Assembly: GCA_943359455.1 (NCBI GenBank)
Contig: CALRHL010000002.1
Location: 7,665-71,664 of the forward strand
Direction: 5' to 3'
Source of the DNA: Candidatus Uhrbacteria bacterium RIFOXYB12_FULL_58_10
GTDB lineage: Bacteria > Patescibacteriota > Patescibacteriia > UBA9934 > GWF2-40-263
Length of the DNA: 64,000 nucleotides
The notes under the pieces were generated by a model. That model saw only the letters and a program-made list of their open reading frames with translations, did no database searches and had not been told where the DNA came from. Within the stretch, counting starts at the first letter, position 1. The number at the start of each line of letters is the position of its first letter. Positions 29,335 to 37,942 of the stretch are shown here, piece after piece. The translations under genes were made by a program, and so were the position numbers.

Positions 29335-30588
29335 ATGACGAAACTACGTCGAGACGCGCTTGCGGTATTGCACGCTGGGTTAAAAGCGATTCGAACCAAG
29401 GAAGCCGTTGCGAGTGTGGTTCATCTTAAGAAAGATGCTTTAACCGTCAAGAAACATCGGTTTGATCTGCGCGCGTTTGATCATGTTTACGTGATTGGAT
29501 TTGGAAAAGCATCGCTTGAGGCCGCACAGGCATTAGAAAAAATTTTAGGAAAGCGCATCACGGATGGAGTCGTGTTAGATGTGAAACGGGCGCCGCTTCA
29601 ATACATCAAAAGTTTTGCAGGGACACATCCATTTCCAAGTGAAAAAAATCGACGCGCGACCGGAAAAATTGTTGAAATTCTGAAAGGAGCAGATAGTCAT
29701 GATCTCATCATCACGATTGTGTCTGGTGGTGGTTCTGCCTTGCTGTGTCAACCGTATCAACTCACCTGTGCAAACATAACCATGATTACAAAAGAAATGA
29801 TGGCGCGGGGAGCAACGATTCAGGAATTGAACACGGTTCGGAAACATCTGTCAGAAATTTTGGGTGGACAATTTACGCGTATGGCGCATCCAGCGACCGT
29901 TCTTGGTTTGATTTTTTCAGACGTTCCAGGTGATGACCTTGATATGATTGCCTCTGGTCCAACGGTTATGGATACGACGACTGTTGCTGATGCAAAGAGA
30001 ATCATGAAACGGTACGATATTCTGAAAGCGTGTAAATTACCTGATTGCGCGTTGCGCGAAACACCAAAGGACCCGATTTATTTTCAACGCGTCACCAACG
30101 CGCTTATTGTCAGTAATAAAATCGCGCTTCATGCGATGCGAGATGAAGCAAAAAAACGTGGATACACGTCGCGGCTTTTCTCGCATGCGTTGACAGGAGA
30201 AGCGCGTGACATTGGTCGTGTGCTTGCCGGTCTTCCGAATCCTGGTGAGATGGTGTTTGCGGCTGGTGAGACAACGGTGACGATTATGGGAAAAGGGAAA
30301 GGTGGTCGTAATCAAGAAGTTGCTCTTGGGGCGCTCAGAACCATTTCTGATGATACACTCGTTTTATCTTGCGCTTCTGATGGAATTGATAACACCCCTG
30401 CGGCAGGAGCCATCGCGGATCGTGAAACAAAACGTCATGTGAAGCAGAAGAAATTGAATATCGGTCGCGCGCTCACGCAAAACGCATCGTATCGTTTTTT
30501 TCAGCAGTCAGGAGATCAGATTGTGACGGGAATTACAGGAGCAAACGTTTCAGATCTGATGATTGCAGCGAAGAGCGTTTCGCGGTAG
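29335..30588 (+). CDS. Glycerate kinase (MOFRL/GckA-type glycerate 2-kinase)
   Basis: GFGKASLEAAQAL N-terminal domain and IVSGGGSALL motif of MOFRL-family glycerate kinases. Confidence 0.75.
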   Translation: MTKLRRDALAVLHAGLKAIRTKEAVASVVHLKKDALTVKKHRFDLRAFDHVYVIGFGKASLEAAQALEKILGKRITDGVVLDVKRAPLQYIKSFAGTHPFPSEKNRRATGKIVEILKGADSHDLIITIVSGGGSALLCQPYQLTCANITMITKEMMARGATIQELNTVRKHLSEILGGQFTRMAHPATVLGLIFSDVPGDDLDMIASGPTVMDTTTVADAKRIMKRYDILKACKLPDCALRETPKDPIYFQRVTNALIVSNKIALHAMRDEAKKRGYTSRLFSHALTGEARDIGRVLAGLPNPGEMVFAAGETTVTIMGKGKGGRNQEVALGALRTISDDTLVLSCASDGIDNTPAAGAIADRETKRHVKQKKLNIGRALTQNASYRFFQQSGDQIVTGITGANVSDLMIAAKSVSR

Positions 30589-30601
30589 TGTTCCTTAACC
30601 T

Positions 30602-31609
30602 ATGTATGAAAAGATTTCCATCAATATCGTTGCTTGGAACAGCATGGAATTTATTCCGGAGTTGTTGAAGTCAATTTCAGAACAGACGTTTCGGGATTTT
30701 CATGTGCTGATTATTGATAATGGATCGTCGGATGGTGTGGAAGCATTTGTTCGTGCAAACTATCCGCAAGTGACGTTCCTTCGGAATGCGCGAAATCTTG
30801 GGTTCTCACCGGCGCACAATCAAGCAATCCGTTACGCGATCGATCGATGGGAAGGGGATGACCTCGCCGATCGTTTTCTGCTTGTCACGAATCCAGACGT
30901 TATTTTTTCTGCAACATTTTTAGAGGAACTGATGAAAGGGGTTGTTGCACATCCGACCGTCGGATCGTTTCAAGGGAAACTCATGCGTGCGATGATAGAG
31001 AATGGACAGGATGAAGCGCTCAAAGAAACAGTCAAATCGGACCTGATCGATTCAACAGGACTTGTCTTGAATCGTAACCGGACGTGCACCGATCGTGGGG
31101 CGGGGGAATTGGATACAGGACAATTTGATGCAAAAAACGATCTGTTTGGTGTCACAGGTGCGCTTGCGTTGTATCGAGCAAATGCATTGAAGGAGATTGG
31201 GAGAAAAGATGAATATTTTGATACAGATTTTTTTCTGTACAAGGAGGATGTCGATCTTGCGTGGCGTTTAGATAAGAAAGGATGGAAAGCACGATTTGTT
31301 CCAAGCGCCGTTGCGTACCATCATCGTGGGGCGTTTGGAAAAGAAAAAATGAATTGGATAGAACGTATTCGCAATCGCAGAAGGAAGTCGAGTATGCGAA
31401 ACTGGTATTCGACAAGAAATCATATCTTGCTTCTTGTAAAAAATCAGCCGTTCTGGAGCGGTGTCGTGGCCTCACCTTGGATTTTCTGGTTTGAAATTCG
31501 ACGGTTTGTATACACCTGTTTGTTTGAACCGAGAAATCTGTCTGCGTATTTGTCTGCGATTGGACTTGTTCCAAGGATGCTCAAGAAACGGTTTACGAAA
31601 TACCCGTAA
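30602..31609 (+). CDS. Glycosyltransferase family 2
   Basis: GT-A fold motifs: N-terminal nucleotide-binding region, DxD-like (DADL), YHHRGAFGKEK. Confidence 0.8.
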   Translation: MYEKISINIVAWNSMEFIPELLKSISEQTFRDFHVLIIDNGSSDGVEAFVRANYPQVTFLRNARNLGFSPAHNQAIRYAIDRWEGDDLADRFLLVTNPDVIFSATFLEELMKGVVAHPTVGSFQGKLMRAMIENGQDEALKETVKSDLIDSTGLVLNRNRTCTDRGAGELDTGQFDAKNDLFGVTGALALYRANALKEIGRKDEYFDTDFFLYKEDVDLAWRLDKKGWKARFVPSAVAYHHRGAFGKEKMNWIERIRNRRRKSSMRNWYSTRNHILLLVKNQPFWSGVVASPWIFWFEIRRFVYTCLFEPRNLSAYLSAIGLVPRMLKKRFTKYP

Positions 31610-31694
31610 CCACCCCCAACCCCTCCTTGAAAAGGAGGGGAGATTATCTCAAAATCTGTTCCCCTCCTTTTCAAGGAGGGGCTAAGGGGTGGTT
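31608..31694. repeat. Nested palindromic element: two 21-nt hairpins inside an outer 9-bp stem
   Basis: AACCACCCC...[CCCCTCCTTGAAAAGGAGGGG]...[CCCCTCCTTTTCAAGGAGGGG]...GGGGTGGTT between the two GT2 genes. Confidence 0.7.
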
Positions 31695-32498
31695 ACTGCC
31701 CAGTTCTGTATGGATCTCTCCGTTCTCATCATCGGTTATAAAAACCATCGCCTTGTGCGGCAGACACTCAAGGGGATTCTTCGTGTTGCACCGGTCTTGT
31801 CCTATGAAGTGATTGTCGTAGAAAACGATCCATCGGGGACAACGACGAAAATGTGCACGGAGTTTCCGACGGTAAAAGTAATTGATCATCGAAAAAATAT
31901 CGGGTTTGGAAACGGAATGAATTTGGGGATTAAGGAGTCACAAGGTCGATACATTTTAGTGTTCAATCCAGATGTCATTGTTTTGCCGGGGGCGTTTGAA
32001 GAGCTCGTTCGTTATCTTGATGAGCATAAAGATGTTGGAATGGTCGGTCCACAGCTGCACAATCCAGATGGGACGCTACAGTACAGTTGTTACAAGTTTA
32101 TGGAGCCTAAAACGGTTCTCTATCGACGCCTTCCTTTTATCCGTCGACTAAAAAGTGTTCGTCAACATCTCGATGCGTATGTGATGGCTGACTGGGATCA
32201 TGCACAAACAAGAGAGGTCGACTATCTCCTCGGTGCCGCAATGCTTATTCGTCGAGAAGTGCTCGACCAAGTTGGGGGATTCGATCCAGCGTATTTTATG
32301 TACTTCGAAGATCAAGATCTGTGTCGCCGTTTCTGGAATGCAGGATGGAAAGTCATCTACCATCCCACGTCAAAACTCATTCACTATCACCGCCGTGAAA
32401 CCGCAGACGGCGGATTTCTCCAACAACTCTTTCATCCCCTCACGCGCATTCAAATCAAAAGTGCGTTATACTATTTTAAGAAACATAAAAAAGTGTGA
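31689..32498 (+). CDS. Glycosyltransferase family 2
   Basis: GT2 motifs (VVENDPSG, DVIVLPG, YFEDQDLC). Probable start at MDLSVLIIGY (31710). Confidence 0.8.
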   Translation: MVTAQFCMDLSVLIIGYKNHRLVRQTLKGILRVAPVLSYEVIVVENDPSGTTTKMCTEFPTVKVIDHRKNIGFGNGMNLGIKESQGRYILVFNPDVIVLPGAFEELVRYLDEHKDVGMVGPQLHNPDGTLQYSCYKFMEPKTVLYRRLPFIRRLKSVRQHLDAYVMADWDHAQTREVDYLLGAAMLIRREVLDQVGGFDPAYFMYFEDQDLCRRFWNAGWKVIYHPTSKLIHYHRRETADGGFLQQLFHPLTRIQIKSALYYFKKHKKV

Positions 32499-34528
32499 GT
32501 CACTCCATCAATTTTCTTCATCAAATCGAACCAGAAAAGATACATCGCGCGCATCAAAAACGGCGGATGTTTCATTTTGCTTGGATGGGGGTTGTCGTTC
32601 TTTTCATTGCTTGGCTTCTCCTGCTTCTTTTTGCTTCTGGACAGGTGATCGCCGCATCGCTTGATGGACGAGATGCTCTTGTTCGGGCGCGGGAGTCAGC
32701 CATGAAACTTGATTTTGAAAGGGCTTCGACGGAATTAGCTGAAGCAGGTGATCAGTTTAGTTCCGCAGAGCGTGGATTCGTGTTGCTTTCGAGTGCAAAG
32801 GTTATCCCATGGGTTTCGAATCAGGTGAATGCGATTGAAACGCTCATTGTTTCTGGAACGCGTATTATCGACGCGTTGCAATCGATCGTGGATCTTGGTG
32901 CGGAACTTGTTCGATTGGCTGGGTTTACGATGCAGGAATTGAATGATATGTCAGAAGGGATTCTTCCTACGGCGACCTTTGATGATCTTTCAAGTGAAAC
33001 AAAACAGGCGGTTCTTGAGCGTCTCGCTGCTGCGGCTCCCGATCTGCAATTGCTTTCTGCTCAGATCGCGATTGCTCGTTCAGACGTTGAACAGATTCAC
33101 GCTTCAGATTTGATCGGACCTCTTGCAGACATTCTCATTCCACTTGATGAAAAGCTTGCACAAGCACAAGAAATGATTCGTACACTTTCTATCGTTTCCG
33201 AACTGCTTCCAGAACTTGCGGGACTTGGAGAGGAGCGCACACACCTTGTGTTGCTTTTGAACAATACAGAATTGCGACCAGGTGGAGGATTTATCGGAAC
33301 GTTTGGTGTATTGAAAATGCTGAACGGAGATATTACTGTTCTCGAAACAGGTGATTCTTATGCGATCGATGGACTTGCGGAAATAGCAGGGTCGTATCAG
33401 CAAGATCCACCCGCACCACTTGGACGATACAATGCAACGAGCAATTGGTTTTTTCGCGATGCCAACTGGTCTCCAGACTTTGCGGTGAGTGCACAGGAAG
33501 CACTTCGCCTGTATGGACTCGAACTCGCGTCTGTCACACCAGAAACACGAGCAGTCGCTGGTGTTTCATCGCAAACGTTTGATGGGGTTATTGGATTGAC
33601 GCCAAATATTATTCAAGCACTGCTTGGAGTAACAGGTCCAATTACAATAGGAAGCCAAACGTTTTCTGCGGACAATGTAACGGACAAGCTCGAGTATCAA
33701 GTAGAAGTTCAGTACATTGGAGATGGTGTCCCTGAACATCAGCGCAAGGAAATCATTGCGGATCTCATGAATGAATTAAAAACAAGACTGTTTTCGCTTT
33801 CTCTCACAGATGCATCTCGACTGATCTCTGTTTTCGAAACGCTCATTCAAGAAAAACAACTCGTCTTCATGAGTGGAAACCAGGATGTTGAGGACACGCT
33901 TACAAAAGTAGGATGGGGAGGTCGTATTGTGCCATCAACAGGTGACCTTCAACTTCTTGTGGATGCAAATCTTGCGAGTCTAAAATCAGATCCAAAAGTT
34001 TCACGAGCGATGCGGTACGAGATTTTTAAAAATACGAGTGGAGAATATGTTGGTCGGACAACCATTCGCTATACGCACACAGGGTCATTTGATTGGAAAA
34101 CAACTCGGTATCGAACGTACACGCGATTGTACGTTCCAGATGGATCAGAGCTTGTAAATGTGGAAGGTTCCATGCTCAATGACTCGCTTCATAATCCAAC
34201 AGGTGCCAAAGGACCAGTGGATGTTGCGAACGACCTTGGACTTACCTCGTTTGGAACGTTCATTTCTATCGAGCCAGGGGAAAGTCGTTTGCTGACATTT
34301 GAATATCTCCTCGCTCCAGAAGTTGTTACACAGATTCAGAACGGGATGTATGAACTCACTGTCCTTAAACAAATTGGCGCGCAAAATAATCAGTTGACGC
34401 TCGACCTTGATTTTGATAAGAATGTCATGCACGCAGAGATTCCAGAAGATCGAGGAGAATGGGGAGATGATGTGTATCGGTTGAATACAAAAGTTGATCA
34501 AGACCTGAGTTTCGAGATAGGCCTGTAG
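32495..34528 (+). CDS. DUF4012 domain membrane protein (cell-envelope associated, common in CPR next to glycosyltransferases)
   Basis: N-terminal TM, 677 aa, architecture consistent with DUF4012 from memory (moderate certainty). Confidence 0.55.
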   Translation: MSHSINFLHQIEPEKIHRAHQKRRMFHFAWMGVVVLFIAWLLLLLFASGQVIAASLDGRDALVRARESAMKLDFERASTELAEAGDQFSSAERGFVLLSSAKVIPWVSNQVNAIETLIVSGTRIIDALQSIVDLGAELVRLAGFTMQELNDMSEGILPTATFDDLSSETKQAVLERLAAAAPDLQLLSAQIAIARSDVEQIHASDLIGPLADILIPLDEKLAQAQEMIRTLSIVSELLPELAGLGEERTHLVLLLNNTELRPGGGFIGTFGVLKMLNGDITVLETGDSYAIDGLAEIAGSYQQDPPAPLGRYNATSNWFFRDANWSPDFAVSAQEALRLYGLELASVTPETRAVAGVSSQTFDGVIGLTPNIIQALLGVTGPITIGSQTFSADNVTDKLEYQVEVQYIGDGVPEHQRKEIIADLMNELKTRLFSLSLTDASRLISVFETLIQEKQLVFMSGNQDVEDTLTKVGWGGRIVPSTGDLQLLVDANLASLKSDPKVSRAMRYEIFKNTSGEYVGRTTIRYTHTGSFDWKTTRYRTYTRLYVPDGSELVNVEGSMLNDSLHNPTGAKGPVDVANDLGLTSFGTFISIEPGESRLLTFEYLLAPEVVTQIQNGMYELTVLKQIGAQNNQLTLDLDFDKNVMHAEIPEDRGEWGDDVYRLNTKVDQDLSFEIGL

Positions 34529-34596
34529 GCCCAGAGGAAAAACCCCTCCCGGTCTTCCGGCTCAAAGCCTCCTGGCCTCCTGTACCCGTTCTATCT

Positions 34597-35601
34597 ATGT
34601 TCCAAAAGAAAATCGCTATCGACCTTGGTACGACCTCTGTCCTCGTTTATGTCCCGAAACGAGGTATTATTATCAATGAACCATCTGTAGTTGCGGTGTC
34701 GTATGCGGACAAGAAAGTATTGGCAGTGGGGAAGGAAGCAAAAGACATGATTGGTCGCACACCAGACACGATTGTTGCTCGTCGACCACTGAAAGACGGC
34801 GTCATTGCCGATTACCGAACAACCGAAGCAATGCTTCGTTATTTTATTAATAAAGCATTAGGAGGAGTACGTTTGTTTCGTCCTGAAGTGATGGTTGCGG
34901 TCCCTGGTGGAATTACTTCAACAGAACGTCGTGCAGTTATCGACGCGACACTTTCCGCTGGAGCTAAAGCCGCGTACATCATCAAAGAACCAATCGTTGC
35001 CGCGATCGGCGCAAACATTCCAATCGGCTCTCCGTCTGGTCACATGATTATCGACATTGGTGGTGGAACATCCGAAATGGCCGTCATCTCACTCGGTGGA
35101 ATAGTGGCGTCTGAGTCTGTTCGCATCGGGGGCGTAAAACTCGATGCCGCGATTTCCGAATACGTTCGTCGCAAGTACGGTCTCGCGATTGGAGAACGAA
35201 CCGCCGAAGATATCAAAATTCAAATCGGTTCGGCGATGTACATGCCGGACAAACTTTTCATGCAAATTAAAGGACGAGACATGATTACAGGCCTACCAAA
35301 AATCGTCGAAGTCTCATCCGACGACGTCACGACCGCCATCCAACACGAACTCGACGGTATTATCGCCACCGTAAAAGAAGTGCTCAACAAAACCCCACCA
35401 GAACTGTCTGCAGACGTCATGGACAAAGGCATCATGCTCTCTGGTGGCTCGTCTCAACTCAGAAATCTTGATACACTTATCGCCGAAGCCACCGGCGTCC
35501 CAACATTCGTCGCCGAAGATCCACAAATGTGTGTGGCAAAAGGAACCGGCATCGCACTTGAGAATTTGGAAGCGTACAAGAGATCGATTTTTACGAGTTA
35601 G
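34597..35601 (+). CDS. mreB: Rod shape-determining protein MreB
   Basis: IAIDLGTTSVLVY phosphate-1 motif, actin-fold motifs throughout, 334 aa. Confidence 0.92.
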   Translation: MFQKKIAIDLGTTSVLVYVPKRGIIINEPSVVAVSYADKKVLAVGKEAKDMIGRTPDTIVARRPLKDGVIADYRTTEAMLRYFINKALGGVRLFRPEVMVAVPGGITSTERRAVIDATLSAGAKAAYIIKEPIVAAIGANIPIGSPSGHMIIDIGGGTSEMAVISLGGIVASESVRIGGVKLDAAISEYVRRKYGLAIGERTAEDIKIQIGSAMYMPDKLFMQIKGRDMITGLPKIVEVSSDDVTTAIQHELDGIIATVKEVLNKTPPELSADVMDKGIMLSGGSSQLRNLDTLIAEATGVPTFVAEDPQMCVAKGTGIALENLEAYKRSIFTS

Positions 35602-35613
35602 AGTTCCTTCTGT

Positions 35614-35886
35614 ATGGGGGATTTTTCACAACGAGATACAGGACACACGGTGTTCGATGCGAGAGCGCAAGCAACTCGTCCTCTTGATGTTTTTGGGATC
35701 CATGAAAATCCACCGAAGGCACGTACACCGCAGGAAGTCGCACGACTAAAAGAACGCATTGTTTTTATTGCTCGCGTGTTTGCGAGACAATATAAAATGG
35801 AGCTCTACCCATCGCCAAGTGGTGGATGGGCGTGTGGAGTGGATGAGAGCGTTTATCCAAAAATTGAAGCATATATTAAAGGATAG
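35614..35886 (+). CDS. 90-aa ORF in frame with the downstream vWA gene, separated only by a TAG at 35884-35886
   Basis: Same frame as 35965..37935. The 78 nt after the TAG are open and encode TDVLGLTTEDLQPRRLYYDIKDIEGK before the listed Met. Confidence 0.4.
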   Translation: MGDFSQRDTGHTVFDARAQATRPLDVFGIHENPPKARTPQEVARLKERIVFIARVFARQYKMELYPSPSGGWACGVDESVYPKIEAYIKG

Positions 35887-35964
35887 ACGGATGTATTAGG
35901 TTTAACGACAGAAGACCTTCAACCGCGACGACTGTATTACGATATCAAGGATATTGAAGGGAAG

Positions 35965-37935
35965 ATGTCGGAGGATGAAGCCATTGGTGTCATTCGGCAC
36001 GAAGTAGGACATGCGAATCACACCGATTATCGGTTGTTTTTTGAAGGTCAACGTTTCGCACAACAAGAAGGATCCATGCCAAGTGCATGGGCATTTGTGT
36101 GGAATTCGCTCGAAGACCCATGGGTGAATAATCGTGAAATTGCCGGATCTGATGCGGTGCGAGAAAGTTTGTCTGCGTTGTATCGAAAGTGGCTTCCGGA
36201 AACACGCGCGTTTATTCATACGCAAACGCCATTGCGTCAACTTGGTCTTTGCGTGATTCATTATTGGTTGACAGGTGAACCTATTGCTGAAATTCAAGAT
36301 AAAAAGGTGTTGGAAATTTTTGAAAAGATTCGTTCTGCGGCGGATGCGTATATCGCAGCGGAGACCGCAGAGAAATCGCACAAAGTGATGCAAGAACAGA
36401 TCTGGCCAGCAGTAAAGCCACTCGTTGACGAGGCGCAAAAACAGGAAGAGATGAAACAGAAGATGCGAGAGATGGGTGGTGAGGGACAGGGAGGAGCGCA
36501 AGGTGCCGTGCAAGGCGCGATTGATAAACTTCGCAACATGCTTGGGCTTGGTGGATCGAAACCTGCTCCATCGTCTGGACAAACACCCGGAGGTGAGTCA
36601 CTTCAACAAGCTGTTCGAGATGAACTGAATCGGCAAAAAAACTCGAACACGGAGGCACGGCAAAAACTTTCGCAGGAAGGTTCTGCGCAAGGACGCATGG
36701 ATGATGAGATTGACCTAAGCGCACTTCCTAAAGATTTGCGAGAACAACTTGAACAGGCTATTCGTCAGCTGTCGGAAGCGGATCGGAAAAAATTAGAAGA
36801 TGCGGCGAAGAAATCACTCGACAAAAAAATGGCAAAGGCGGCAAATGAAAGTTTACCGACTGGTTTGAAGTTTGAAGAAGATCCAAAAACAGGGGAGCAA
36901 ACGCTCACCATGAAGCAGGAAGACAAGAAGGGGGGGGAAGCGATCAAGAAGGCGGTCGATGAGCATGTGGATGCGCAAGTGCAAGAAGAGCAGAAAAAAG
37001 CAGTGGAGGACGCTCGTGCAGATGAGGAACGGCTTGCACAGATTCGTGAGGAAGAAAAAAAGAAACGCGAGCGTGCCGAGATACAAAAGGCCGGGTTTGA
37101 TCCAGACAACGAGGAAGATCGCGAGCTCTATCGCGAGTTTCGCGCATTGGAGCTTTTCATGGAATCCGCGGTGCAACGATTTATGAAGGTTATGGAAGCC
37201 TATCTGCCAAAGCGCGGAGAGATGGTGCATGAAGGGGAATATTACACGGGGAGCAAGATAAATAAGCGGGCATTGTTAAAGCGGGCGCCGCTTGAGGATT
37301 ATCGGATATTTCGTCGTCGCGAACTGCGGGAATCAAACGATCCGAAACTGTTTGTGACACTGCTTATCGATAACAGCGGCTCCATGCAAGGACAAAAAAT
37401 GCAGGAGTCTCGCAAAACCGCGATCTTTTTCGCGCGCGTGCTTGCGAGGTTTGATATTCCGTTTGCCATCAAGGCATTCGGCGATCAGGTGGAAGAAGTG
37501 GTATCATTTGACGAAGGATGGGACGATCCAACCGTAAAAGCCAAACCACGTCTCATGCGAAAGACAAACGCGTCGGGCGGTTCCACCGACATGGCGTCCG
37601 GGCTATTGGAAACCATGAAAGAAATGAATTCTGCCAAACGCGAATATCCCGGATGTCACGGAGCGGTGATCGTGATCTCGGATAGCGGCGCAAATGCAGG
37701 CCCCATGGTCGGGCCCGCACTTGGCGAGTATGTATCGCGCATGCAAAAATCGCACACCATTTTGAATTTGTTGTTGAGCGGTTCCGCTTCCGACAAACAG
37801 GCCTCCGCCGTCATTTTCGGCGAACGACATGTCGCGGTTGCCGAAGATTTTCAAACGCTCCCAACCGAAGCGTTTCGACTCCTGCGCATCGTCTTACAAC
37901 GCATCCTTAAAACAAACATCCTCGAAACGTTTTAA
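35965..37935 (+). CDS. vWA (MIDAS) domain protein with N-terminal HExxHxxH zincin-like motif and a long charged low-complexity linker
   Basis: HEVGHANH at aa 12-19. E/K/Q-rich coiled/low-complexity middle. C-terminal vWA with intact MIDAS (LIDNSGSM ... SGGSTDM ... VISDSGANAG). Confidence 0.75.
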   Translation: MSEDEAIGVIRHEVGHANHTDYRLFFEGQRFAQQEGSMPSAWAFVWNSLEDPWVNNREIAGSDAVRESLSALYRKWLPETRAFIHTQTPLRQLGLCVIHYWLTGEPIAEIQDKKVLEIFEKIRSAADAYIAAETAEKSHKVMQEQIWPAVKPLVDEAQKQEEMKQKMREMGGEGQGGAQGAVQGAIDKLRNMLGLGGSKPAPSSGQTPGGESLQQAVRDELNRQKNSNTEARQKLSQEGSAQGRMDDEIDLSALPKDLREQLEQAIRQLSEADRKKLEDAAKKSLDKKMAKAANESLPTGLKFEEDPKTGEQTLTMKQEDKKGGEAIKKAVDEHVDAQVQEEQKKAVEDARADEERLAQIREEEKKKRERAEIQKAGFDPDNEEDRELYREFRALELFMESAVQRFMKVMEAYLPKRGEMVHEGEYYTGSKINKRALLKRAPLEDYRIFRRRELRESNDPKLFVTLLIDNSGSMQGQKMQESRKTAIFFARVLARFDIPFAIKAFGDQVEEVVSFDEGWDDPTVKAKPRLMRKTNASGGSTDMASGLLETMKEMNSAKREYPGCHGAVIVISDSGANAGPMVGPALGEYVSRMQKSHTILNLLLSGSASDKQASAVIFGERHVAVAEDFQTLPTEAFRLLRIVLQRILKTNILETF

Positions 37936-37942
37936 TATTCGT

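Noticed and set aside
35884-35886. Alternative genetic code (TAG sense codon) explaining the in-frame stop in the vWA gene
   Set aside because: TAG terminates several clearly complete genes in the window (e.g. mreB, DUF3800). Pseudogenisation or a sequencing error is more likely.
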